A stretch of DNA of 64,000 nt from Euglena gracilis (lineage: Eukaryota). Below, piece by piece: positions 52,398-64,000 of this stretch. The notes beneath the pieces were generated by a model. It was given only the letters and a program-made list of their open reading frames with translations. It searched no databases and was not told where the DNA came from. A program made the position numbers and the translations under genes. The stretch's first letter is position 1. Every line of letters starts with the position of its first letter. The stretch covers positions 3,725,715-3,789,714 of the forward strand of contig CP154954.1 of NCBI GenBank assembly GCA_039621445.1, read 5' to 3'.

Positions 52398-55300
52398 CCC
52401 TCCTTGATCTCTTCCCTTTGTTTTTCTTGATTGGGTTGCCTTGACGCCCGGGACAGCACCTGCAGAGATGCCATTCTTATGTGATATGCATCGCATGGTC
52501 TTCAAAGGTCTTCTGTTTTTGTTAAGGAGTGGGGTGTCTCTCCCTTTGCAGAGATGTGGAGAAGGCAAACCTGTGGAAGTACTCGGTGTGCAACCCCATC
52601 AAGCGATCCTCCAAAAAAGATTTAAGGTCCACAAGAAGTAAATGAGATGGTTCCACTCCAACTACATCTTTTAAGGTGACGTTGGAGTACTGCTTGTGGA
52701 TGGAAGACATTTTTGAGGAGGTCGCACAAATTTGCATGAACAATATGAAGACTCCCCAACAAAAGAACGTGTGTGTTAAAATTTGGGGCTTTGGCGATTT
52801 GGCACCAGGGTGTGTTAAAGCACTACCCACTCAAAACCCAACCCCCCCGGGGGGGGGTCAGGGCAGAACGGGAATCGGCCGAACAGCCAGGGTGGTGGGT
52901 GGGGGGGGGTCGACCACCCCCCCCCCCCTGCATGGTGGGTGGGTGGGGGGGGGCCGACCCCCCACCTCTTTCCGTATTTCTGGGAGCACCAATTTTTGGT
53001 CCTCCAAAAAAATTTTCCGGCGCCTTCGGCACCGGGTGTTTTTTTGACCCATTTTGGGAGGTCGAAAGAGCCCAAACCCCCATGGCACCCACCCCCCAAG
53101 GGAGGTGCGCACTTCCTTAAGACGAAGCCTGGCCCCTGGTGGTGCCTGTATCCACTTCAACCCCAAATACCTGTGTCCGCCTGAGTCCGTTTTTGCATTA
53201 CGTGTGCCATGCATACATTCTCGAGTTGCAAGGAGTTCTTCAAAAATTTCCTGAGCATTCTGAATACAGATTTTTAAGAAACAGAAACATAAAAAACTAC
53301 ACACAACGATCAAAAGAATAGAAAAAGCGGAAGAACACCCCCACCCTTGTCAACGGCTTGTCTAGCCAATCGGCCAATCTGATTTCCAATGGGCTGTTCA
53401 AGAGGGGGGGTCTGCTAGCATCCCTAACTTGTAGGGAAAAATTCCCAATGGCGCGCACAAAGTGCCAGAATTTCTTACCGATGCTGTTTGCATTCCTTTG
53501 CAGTTTTTTTTTTGCTTTTTGCTTGCTTCCCTATGTTTTCTGTTGTTTCATTTTTATTGTCATTTTTTTCTGCACGGAGTTGTCTCCCAAAGATTAAAAA
53601 TATGTCCCTCTAAAAGAGAACATTCCGAGGCAGGATTTCTATCCAACTTTTGCATTTTGCCATTGTTAATTCAGGTCCGTGTTTTTTTTGCATTTTTTAT
53701 TTTTGCCTTTTATTAGATGTGTTTTCTTTTCCCTTTCCCATTTTTTTGTTTTCTGCAAAAAGTTTGCCCCCGGCAGCAATTTTTTTTCGTGTTCTCACCT
53801 TCTTCAAATTTGGGTGGCCATGTTGTTTCCCTCCCCTCCCTGCACCTACTCTTAACAATTTCCACATTTTCCTGTTTGTTTTTGTATTCTTGTGCTTGCT
53901 CTGATTCAGCATTCTGAATTGCTCGCTTGATCTGTTTCCTGATGTTTCGACAGCGCAGTTTGCCTTTTGTTTTGTGTATGGTGTTTCGGAATTTTTTTCC
54001 GGGACGTTGGCCCTGATGTTGGGGTGGGTGGGTTGTGGGTGGGTGGGTCGATCACCTGGGGTTATGGGTGTGTGGTTTTTTTCAAAAGCAAAAAAGTGTA
54101 TGCGTGGGTTGGGCCTGGCAGAAAGTTCCCCCGGTGGGTGCAAGTGAAGGTATGATCTCGACATTTGCAGCTTCATGATCAGGGAATTCATATCTGCAAG
54201 CGGTTTTCACAACATCTGCGTGGGTAGGCGTTTGAATTTTTTTTTTACGTCCAGGTTTTCACACATGTGTGAAACCGCATTTGAAACATATTTATTTCCT
54301 ATTTTCAGGTTCCGGTGCAGGATATTATCTATCCAGAAATGGATTGGGGCCAGCTCCTCACTGAACTCTTGTGGTACACCTGGGAGAAGAGCCCAACGTC
54401 ATCAACCAAATTAGCTCAAAATGTGAAAGTCGATAGTTATTGATGGATGAAGATGCGAACAACAAATTAACCCCCTCCAATAGAAGTGCAGGTGCGCTTA
54501 GCGAACCGCTGCTCCGGCGTCGGGGGAGGGGGGTGCCTTCGGCGGCAGGGGGTGTGCTTTTATTTGCACCCTGCGCTTGTGGTGGACCCATTTGTCTATT
54601 GGGGGTGTTTACCCCTTGTGAAGTGCTTAACCACCCACCTAATAGAAGCGCGGGGCCGCTACAAGTGCACCCCCCCATTTTGATGGGATTTCTAAAGGAA
54701 ATCAACAAAATCGCGCAGGTAGGGTCCAAATAGAAGCACCCCCCCCCCCGCCACAAGCGCACCCATGCTTCTATTAGGGGGGCGGGGTTTATTATTGTCC
54801 GTGGATCGTCCACTTGCTTTCACAGAATCATTTTCTTGCTTGCTTGCTTGCTTGCTTTCTTTTAACAGACAATGGACATTGTAGAACTGCTCCCAATGCC
54901 AACCAGAGGTTTTTAAATTTGGTGACCCCAGGGAGGGTGGGTGGGTGCAGCCTCCTCTGGGGGTGGGGGTCGAGCCGAATGGGTGCACCCCCCCGGAGGG
55001 GGTGTTCCTCTATTTTTGGCACAAAGCACCGAATGATTTTTGGACCCCAAAATTGACCCCAAACGTGGGCCCCCAGGGGTTTTTTTTTTACACTGGAGGG
55101 AACTCTAACCCCCCCCCCCACCCGGGCGTCCAGCCAGCAAGCAGCTTTTTTCCAGCCAGCCAGCTCCCGACCCCTGGGGGGTCCGCTAAAATTAAGTTCC
55201 GGCTGGACCGAAATTTTTTTTAAAAAAATCAAAAAGGACCAAAATGGAATTTTTGGGTGGTTCTGGGTCTGGGTCTTCGCCTCAGAACTTTGGCTGAAAA

Positions 55301-55861
55301 ATGCCAACCCGGCCGAATTTGGACTTTTTTTGTCTGTTTTTGGGGCCCGGCCGGACCCAAAACCAAACCACACCTCCACCCGGGTTTTTAAAAAGACTTT
55401 TGATGCCAAGTCAGTTTTAATTTTTTGCCAACAGCTCAGTTTTTTTTTCTTTAGGTGAAGTTATGGCCGCCTCTTCCTACAAAAAAAAAACGGGGGAAAT
55501 TTGCGAAAGTTCAATGTCGGCCAAGTCCCCTCACCCCTGTTCTGTTTCGTTTTGACGTTCTTTCCTGAGAGGCTGCCCGCTGGGTCCCACATTGTCAGAT
55601 TTTTTTGTCCAAAATGGAACCCAAATAGAAGTTCGAAGAAGTTTTTTTTTTGAGACGGAAGGATTTGGTGGCGGCAGGATTTTTTGTGAAGAACGTTTGG
55701 AAAAAATTGGCAGACTGTGAAAAAGGAATTTGAATATCATGCGGCACAAAATTCGCCACAAAAATGCACAAAAATGCACAAAAATGCACATTATTTGAAC
55801 AAATGCTCAAGGATGACACCCACCGTGTGCCACCCCCGTCCCATCAGCTGGGGGGGGGGGC

Positions 55862-58800
55862 TGGGCCCGACGATGTGGTGCTGGCGGTGCGGTCTGCCCG
55901 GGCCCGCATTCTGCTGAAGGCGGAGTCCTCCGGCCTCGCGCCGCGGCTGGAGGCGTGGAACCGGCTGCTGCTGTTTGACAACCCTTGGAAGTCGACGCTG
56001 GTGTTTGGCGCGGGTGTGGCTGCCTGCCGACCCCCGTCGGGCAGCTGCGGTTGACCGCTGCACAAAACAAGCGGACTGCTGCCGGCTCTGCAATTTCAGA
56101 CACTCCGTGGCAGAAAACAGACACGTGCTCTGAAATCTGCAGGATGTCTTTCCCTGTGTTGTCCGCGAAAAAAACTCATTATTTTGAAAAGAGGGGCTGA
56201 AGTTGTGGCAGTCCTCAGTCACACAGGAGGGTTGTGCCAGGTGTTGCTCGAAACCAATAGGATCACCTGCATCAAGCTGGGCGTGATTGGTTTTTTTCCA
56301 GGTTCCGTGTTGTTTTGGTTCTCCATGCACACCTGGTATCATTCTGCGTTTGCCTTCCGTCCCCTCGTGCAGTGATGGCGTTCAATGGGGTGATGGGGCA
56401 TTACCGCCTGTGGAGCCAGGACCGCACTTGCGTGTGAGAAGTCAATAAATCCATCATCGGAACAGTGTAGCGCAATTCTCAATCAGGCTTTTCTGGAAGT
56501 CCGCACCTTCAGGGGTGGGTGCTACAGGCAGTCAGGGGTGGGGTTGTGGTGCTGCAGCGCCTGTCTCTGAAAGAAGCGGGGCATTTTAAGGGAAATTCAC
56601 CTGGGTCAGCCAGGACCAATACCGACCCCCTCCCCCCCAGGGTGCCTGCGTTGGGTGGGAATCCCACAGCACTCACAGCACAAGGAATCCCGGGTTGAAA
56701 AAGCCTGCAATATATTTTTTTCACAAAGGAAGTTTAAGCATTTCTGTTTTTTTTTGCAATGCTGAAACAGGATTCTCAAACATACAATTATTATATGTCC
56801 GCTGGTCAAGTAGGTCGGACCCCCCCCTGGAGGTGGTGTCCAACTGTGCTGAACCGGGATCCGGTCCGTCCTGCCCCACCATTTTTCTTAACCCCAGAGT
56901 TGGTTATAGTGAACATTGTCTGGCCACCCGTGTGGCCCTGCTGCGGTGCCGGGCTTTTTTGCCTTGTTCGTTGCCAGCTATGTGATTGGGTACCGGCAGC
57001 GCGATTTCTGGACTGAAAAGGTGTGCCGGGTCCGCCACCGATTCTCCGGGTGCACCTGGGTAGGTCACATGGATGCATCCCGAGATGCACACCCGGACCC
57101 ACTCCCCCGGCCCAACCTCCTAGATGCCTAGATACCCTGGATCACACTCAACCCCAACCTTTCCTTAACCCCACCAAACTTATCCACAACAGCCCTAATC
57201 CAAACCCTGAAGAATATCGGAACGAAATTGAAAGGATAATCCAGCTGACTGTGGGACGGGTCCTCTGGCGCTTGGTGACTATCAATTCACTGTCCTCAGG
57301 AGTGCACCAGAAAAGCAACTTCTGGGAACGAACCGCATATTTGGTAGAAGGAGTCATGGGCAGGTTTTGATATTATTCCAAACTGTGCCCCACCAAGACT
57401 TTCCTGGCAACAAACACGCTGGTTTTTCATTTCTTCTTCTTTGTTTATTGCAAGCGTGTTCTGTTTGGCCAAAGGCAACACTGGGTCAGCTGGATTGGCC
57501 TTGGCTGTTAACGCTCTGGCAACCAACAGCACACTTAGAAAACTGAACGTTGCTTGCGAGCACACTACTGGGCAACAGCTCCAGACAGTTCGTTCCTGAT
57601 AGTTCACAATTAACTTTTTTGCCAGGGACATTTGTCTTCTTGTTTGAACCTGTCTTTGTCCCACTTAGGCTGCTCTTCCTAAAAAGTCAATAAACTACCA
57701 CCATTTTGCCACTTAGTTTTAAGAAAGCACCGTGGATTTTAAAAGGTTTGCAAAAATGGCAGTTCTTTGCTTGCTTAGAGGCAGCATGTTGCATTGCTTG
57801 ACAACACTAATGGATGCCATATGCACTTTGTGGAATTCCAAGACTGCTTCAAAATTTCAAAAGAGGTGTTCAAAAGCAATGATAATTTTGTGTTTCAGAC
57901 TTTTTTAAAAGGGGTCAAAATGATCAAATGGGGTTTCTCGCTGGATCTCATCAACTTGGTTTTTCGAAGGAAATGCTCCAGGAACTGATGCCAGATGGGG
58001 AATGTGTTGTTTGGCAGACATGATATTTCAAACTGAATATCTTCGCATGACACACCAAACTCGTAAGCGTTGCAGCTGTGTTACAGAACCCTGCCTCCCA
58101 AACCTAGCCACACCACGCCACCTTGTCAGGTGTGCAAACCATCACATATGAAATCAGAACGAACCAAGAAAACCAAGCAAGAACTTGGGAGGTGTGCCAT
58201 CCCCAATGATATACTGATATGCACCTGTGTATCCAAAAATGAAAATGTTTGTGTTTTTTCCATTTGCATTAATCCATAATTCTGAAATTTCCATATGCGA
58301 TTGTTCTCAACCAACTACTGTCAGATTGATTAAACCCCCATCAGCGATTTGTCCAACCTTTTAAATTTATAAGTTTTTTTTTTAAAGGGATGTTGCTTTG
58401 ATCTGCCAGGGGATTGTATTTATTAGGGAACTGCAAACTAGTTCAGTGCAAGTTCATGAATGATTCACACATTTGACACACACACATTTAATTTCCCCCT
58501 ATTTTTCCAGTGGTAACCTCTTTTAAGGTGTCTGCTCTATCTTTTTTTGACAGGAGATTAAGCTTTTTGGGTTGTGACGAAAATTCTGGTATTTGGTATT
58601 TTGGGCTTTTGCTTCTCTCGGGATTGGGAAACATTTATTGGGCTGCGGGTTTCACAGCCCAGGTGTGAGCCGCACTCATTTGGACACTGCGCTGTTGACC
58701 ACTGCAGCACACCCATACGATGTATCCGGCATTCCCATGCGTTCCACCACACCCCAGGGTGATGGTCAGCACCGCGTGGCTGAACTGGCGGATCATTGAC

Positions 58801-61800
58801 CGCTTCCTGTCCCTCGCCACCTGGCAGCACCCCCGCTCCAGTGTCCTGTCCAGGCTTTTCTCTTTTTTTTTTATACAGGAAGTGCGCACAGTTTTCACAG
58901 GTGAGCGCTATGGGCATAGGGGTTTTTTTAGTCGTGGACCCCCGGGGGGGGTAGGGTGGGTGGGTCTGGCCAAGCCCCCCCCCCCGGGGGGTCCCCCTGG
59001 AGGGGGGTGGGATATACGTTTCGGCGCCGAAGGCGCCGAAAAAGTGCTATTTTTAGCACTTTTCGCGATTTTCGGCCATTTTTTGTTGGTCCCCCGGGAC
59101 CCCGCCCCCCCGGGGGGCCCACAGGGGGGGGGTGGGTTGGGGGGACCCCCAGGGTTCGATATAAGGAGGGCGTACATGGTTTAGGTGGGGGGGTGTCCCC
59201 CCTCCCCCCCCCCCCCCTCCTGGCCCGCAGGGTGGTCCGGACCACCCCCCCCCCCCACCTGCAAGGGGGGTCCGGACCGACCCTCGGGGGCAAAAATTGA
59301 CCCCCCCAAAAAGGGTCAATTTTTTCCTCCGGCGCTTCGCGCCGAAAATTTTTTGCATTTTTGGCACATTTTTGCCCAAAAAGTGCCCAAAATGGCACTT
59401 TTGGGTCGTTTTGGGGGTCCAAACCTTTTGCGGGTTTTGAGGGGGTCAAAAATTTTCGGCCACCCTGACCGCGCACCTGTTTAGGTGGGGGGGGGTGTCC
59501 CCCCCCCCCCCCCCCCCCCCTCCCTGGGCCGCAGGGGGACTCCCCCCCCCCCCCCCCACCTGTCCTTATATCGAACCCTGGGGACCCCCCCGGTCTTAAA
59601 GAAACCCCTGTATGGGCAGCCAGGGGGGTGGGGCACTTTAATTCTAAAGCACACCCCCGGCGCGGAATATGCCAGGGGCCCGAAAATATCCATTTTCAAA
59701 GGAAATTTGCCTGGGTCGGCAGGGACCGGGGTTCAAAACAGACTCCGGGGGGGGGGGGGCCTGCTCTTGGCAGGCACCCCATCGCAAAAGGCACACCCCC
59801 TCCCCCCCAGGTTGGTAAAAAGGAAGCCTGGTCCTGTCCCTCGTCTTCTTCACCCTGTGCTTCCTCCTTGCGCTCATCCTGCCCGGTTGGGTGATGTTGA
59901 ACTTCATCCTGGCGGTGTACCTCACCCTCGTTGTCGGTCTGGCATGCTGTGCCTCGAGGTCATCCATATGGATCGGCTTCTTCCCAAAGCCAGTCTGCAG
60001 TGATGATGGCTCCATGCTGTGTTTTTCTTCCGCAGTTTTCGCTCGCTATCCGATTATTCGGTGCTTCACTTATGCCTCCCATTTGGATGGCGTGCGGCTA
60101 CGGGCAAAGCCTTTCGTGCGACCCTATGTGGGTGTGTATGTCCCCACCTTCCACACCCACAACACGCGTGAGGGGGCACACACAAACACACATGCAAGCA
60201 TGCACACAGGGACATTGCTAGTTCTTATTTGTTGTGCCGGGGAGCCATTTTTTGGTGGTTTTTTTTGGAATGATGACCCGAGGGAGGGGATGGTAGCGAT
60301 TTGTAATGGGACGATCCATTTTCCATTCATTCAAATGGACAAATTTTAAACCACATTTTTACTTTAAACTGCCTGGCACTTTCTCGAATCATGGTCACTA
60401 TCCTGACCCCCATCCCAGCCAAATTTTAAACCACATTTTTACTTTAAACTGCCTGGCACTTTCTCGAATCATGGTCACTATCCTGACCCCCATCCCAGCC
60501 CCCCCCCCCCCGTTTACCTGGATTCAAGCTCTCTTGTTCGCCTTTCTTGCGTATTGGGTTTCCTGACGTTCCCTTCTTCCTCCGCACCCCGTCAGGCCGA
60601 CTTGTCGTGACGGTCCACTGTGCCCACGGTTTCCGAAGCTCAGACTACATATCCACCGACCCTTACGTTGTGGTGATGGTTGGCGAACAAATGGACCGGG
60701 TTCAGGGTGGCTTCCACAAAACACACGACACACACACACACACACACACACCCACACGCACATTGATCCACACAGGCTTTACAAGCACAGACACACAACC
60801 TCATATAGCCCAGACACAGCCCACACAGATGACTGACAGGCTCGCTCATGGACTTTTTCTGTGCTTTCCCCCTTATTCAATAAATCTGTTTTCATTCTCA
60901 TTTTGCACGTTTTCATTTTGCAATTGTTTTTATGTTGTTTTTTTTGCATTCAACTGGCGCACGATGACACTCTGCTGGTACAAAGTCCAAGATGAAGGAT
61001 ATGCACCCCCTGTTTGAGGAGGTGTGATGCAATAGGTACTTGGCAGCATGGCAGCATGATGGAACAGTGCTCTGTGTGTGTGGGCAAGGTTGGATGCACC
61101 GTGCCGAACGTTGTTTCAGACCATGGAGTTCATCGTGTTCAGTCCCAACACACGTGTCCAAGTATTCCTGTGGGATTGGGACCGGTCTTCATCAGACGAC
61201 TTCCTTGGGGAGGGGCAGTTCCAGACCACAGGTGTGCGCAATGAACTCCTCCAGTGATGTGGCTCATAACCCCAATATGTGATGGAGAATTGGGGGAGCT
61301 TCGCGTTCAGTTGTGGTGGTCAGGATCTGTCCTCAGAGGTCTTTTCCTCCCGCCTTACATATTCCATGCTGGAGGGACACCTTTTGCCCAAGATCTATAG
61401 CGAGCATACATGTGAAATAAGGCACTCAAGGGGCAAAGCCTAACCTTCCCAAAAACATTCACCTTCAAATAGCCGGCAAATTAGGCATGACCTCCTTGGG
61501 GAAGTGCGGAACCCAAGGTGTCCCTCAACGTCCCTTCCTCTTCCTCCCTCCTCGGTGTTCTCCGAGGGAGTGTGTGAGGAGTCAATTTTTCAGCCTAAGA
61601 TTTCAAGTGCCCGTGGTCAAGGCGTGGCGTTCCAGATGCGGAAGGAGGGGACTGACCTCTTGAAAAACAGGCAAAGGGCTCTGATGTTTGTTGGGGCCAC
61701 TCGTTTGGGGGCCCAATTTGGATTTTTTTTTTGCAGATTCAAGTTTTTTTCAGAATCAGCCGGTGTTTGTTCATTCCAGCAGGGACTTTTTAAGGTTGGT

Positions 61801-62306
61801 GACGCAGGGAGGATGGCTTAGGGTTTCAATTTCGGGTGTCAAATATTGGGCTCCAATTTTTTCGGTATTTTTGCTCCAAAAATACAGAAATTCTTTTTCT
61901 GGCGGATACCCACTTGATCCGACGGGGGTTCCCCATCAGAGGGTGGGTGGGTGGGTTGGTGTCCCCCCCCAGTCTAAAAAAAAAACCCTGTTTCTGTTCA
62001 GTGCCTTTTTGTTGGGCAACCTCCACCGTCGGGGGTTGCTGAGTATGGCAAACCGGACCCACAGGGAACGCGGGATTTTGGGACCTAAAATCTCTTTGGG
62101 AACGCGGGTCACATCCGAAAGGTGTGACCCGAATGACCAGCACGTTGTATTTCACACCCCACCCTGTCTACACCCTCCCCCTGACCAGGGGCCCCCGGCG
62201 GCACCGCCAGCCGGGGCAATGTCTGGGTGGACATCCGCCCCCGCCCGGCCTGCTTTGCCGACTACAAGCGGTTCGTGTCCGGCCGCGTGCGGGTCAGCTG
62301 GCGGCT
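55862..62306 (+). CDS. Multi-exon membrane protein: MCTP/PRT_C-like transmembrane region followed by a C2 domain (both ends unresolved)
   Basis: Exons ~55862-56025, 56269-56337, 56906-56947, 57201-~57240, ~58757-58847, 59836-~59932, ~60503-60699, 60980-61021, 61120-61231, 62189-~62306. Peptides: LLLFDNPWKSTLVF, IIDRFLSLATWQHPRSSVLSLVFFTLCFLLALILP, then C2 motifs GRLVVTVHCAHG..STDPYVVV..RTKSKMKDMHPLFEETMEF..VQVFLWDWDRSSSDDFLGE..VWVDI..SGRVRVSW. A possible last exon ends at the 62922 stop. Confidence 0.8.
58917..59610. mobile_element. hAT-like MITE (same family as 32622-32900), nested inside the intron
   Basis: TSD tatgggca at 58909-58916 and 59611-59618. Ends TAGGGGTTTTTTTA / TAAAGAAACCCCTG. 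Confidence 0.9.
59150..59580. mobile_element. hAT-like MITE, CAGGGTTCGATATAAGG family
   Basis: 17-bp perfect TIR. TSD gggacccc at 59142-59149 and 59581-59588. Confidence 0.92.
61022..61119 (+). other. Conventional GT-AG intron in the C2 domain
   Basis: GAG|GTGTGA...TTGTTTCAG|ACC joins PLFEE|TMEF in frame. Confidence 0.8.
61232..62188 (+). other. Conventional GT-AG intron
   Basis: CAG|GTGTGC...CCCCCTGACCAG|GG. The phase-1 join continues the C2 domain. Confidence 0.7.
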
Positions 62307-62939
62307 GGACGATGTTCCCCAGGCTTTTTTTAAATTTATTTTGTTATGGTAGTCCCCCCCCCCACGGACTTTGGGAAGCGGAGGGGGGGGGGGGCACTTT
62401 TTCCTGGGCCCAAACCCACCGCCAATACCCCCCACCCACAAATCCCCCCAGGGGTCCATGAAACCACCCACCCACCCAAAACCCCTCCAAAATTGGCCCA
62501 AAACCTTTGAAGTTTTTTTTCCTGGTCTAGCCTTCAGCCAGGCAAAAGACTGATCCGTGGTGCTCCTCAACCCCCCGGGGGGGGTCCAGCAGCCTAAACC
62601 CACCCACCCATTCTTGACCTCCCTGGGGGTGGGTCACAGGTCACACAGTTGTTAAGTGAATCTCTGGCTCCTGCCCCTCATCGAATGGGCACGCAAGGGG
62701 AAGACATTACCGACACCCGGGGGGGGGGAGGGGGCTTTGGGGTGGGCAGTGCTTTGGTCCCCCAGCAGAAAGCACCAGGGTTTGGCAATGGCCGTTTTCC
62801 CGGGAGATTTGCCCGAGTCCAAAGAACCCCGCCGTTCAGTGCCCACTAACACCAGCAGGCACTCCGCAAAGGGCGGCAAAAAGAAGCCTGACCTCACACC
62901 GCCCTCCGTTGCTCCACTGTGACCGATGGAGGGGGGCCC

Positions 62940-63523
62940 CAGGGTTCGATATAAGGAGGGCATATGGGGTTTAGGTAGGGGGTGTCCCCCCCCCCTGGAC
63001 TGCAGGGGGGAGAAAATTGCACCGTGCAATTTTTGCAATTTTGTGCAATTAATTGCACATGGCCTGGGATATTTTGTTTTGGAAAATATCATTTTTTGAT
63101 GCAATTGAGAACTTGCCGTGTTTTTTTTTTTGCTGGGAAATTGATGTACGTAGTGAAATTTCCGTTCAAAGGCTGTTTATTGTTGGTTTACTCAGTGTGC
63201 AAACCTTATCTTGAGTCCCCTGCCCAGGTGTCTTTGATACTTTCTCAACCAGGACTGGAGGGGGTCTGGTCCACCCCCCGGGGTCCGTACCGCCCCCGGG
63301 GGGATACCTGGAACCCGCAAAAGGTAAATTTTTTTCCGGCGCTTTGCACCGATTTTTTTTGCATTTTTGACAAATTCGTTTTGGGGGTTAAATCTTTCGG
63401 CCCGGCGCTTCGCACTGGGCTGACAATCCGTCACCTGGGCCACGCAATTGTTTAGGTGGGGGGGTGTCCCCCCCTTGACCAGGGGGTCCGGACCCCCCCC
63501 ACCTGCCCTTATATCGAAGCCTG
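62940..63523. mobile_element. hAT-like MITE, CAGGGTTCGATATAAGG family
   Basis: TIR 16/17. TSD gggggccc / gggagccc. Confidence 0.85.
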
Positions 63524-64000
63524 GGGAGCCCCCAGCCAATTTCATCCCCACCCCAAGTGCTGTTGACCAGCCACCTTCGGCGTGCTGGCCATCCACCTTT
63601 TTAAAAAGTGGGTTTTTTCTTGATGGTTTATCCCATCACCCACTTGCGCGATGCAAATCCTGTCCCGCAAGTTGTTGCACCATGACACGATGCAAAATTG
63701 TCTCGACCTGTGTGTTCTGATGTTGCCGTTTCAGTTTGCGCGAAAGCCTGTGCCATCATTAAAATAATATTAATAAAGTATATATTAAATTTTCAATAAA
63801 TATAATGTTTTTTTCTGTAATACATTTTTATCATGAACAATCATTTGATTGTTTGCATCCATCTAATACAGGAGCAAACAGTCAAAAAAGTTTCCGACAG
63901 TGCACATTATCCCAATTGTGTCCCCCCCCCCTGGAGGGGATGAAAATGCTTTGCTCCCCTCCCTGGGTTGGTAGGCATAAACCCGCCCCAAATAAAATAG

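Larger units (their letters stand above)
58848..59835 (+). other. Nonconventional intron = MITE (58851-59830) with perfect 8-bp TSD, in the host gene
   Basis: gtcctgtc at 58843-58850 and 59831-59838. T|GTCCAGGCTTTTC...GGAAGCCTGGTCCT|G. Removal gives in-frame SSVL|SLVFF. Confidence 0.9.

Noticed and set aside
1-64000. rRNA, tRNA or SL-RNA genes
   Set aside because: None recognised by eye. A covariance-model search was not possible.

Overview
Eukaryotic, extremely repeat-rich DNA with G/C homopolymers and nested DNA transposons. It is most likely euglenid, because reading frames are interrupted by non-GT-AG stem-loop introns of the form |RNNCAG...CTGNNNNN|. Two genes were reconstructed by hand. 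(1) A hAT transposase on the minus strand (11627 to ~8272, about 600 aa) with 12 nonconventional introns and one 4-bp frameshift. (2) A PRT_C/MCTP-like membrane protein with a C-terminal C2 domain on the plus strand (~55860-62300), carrying both nonconventional and GT-AG introns. Main finding: several nonconventional introns are CAG...CTG MITEs still flanked by 8-bp target-site duplications (TSDs). The euglenid splice geometry (3 nt before CAG plus 5 nt after CTG) removes exactly one 8-bp TSD copy, so the insertion is scarless in the mRNA. Longer copies of the same MITE family lie in the window, and the transposase gene itself is colonised. Also present: a CTTAG...CTAAG TIR family with 5-bp TSDs and palindrome arrays, a GAC(C)-targeting asymmetric element in tandem arrays, and a probable local inversion. 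All splice models are inferred from sequence only, with no transcript data.
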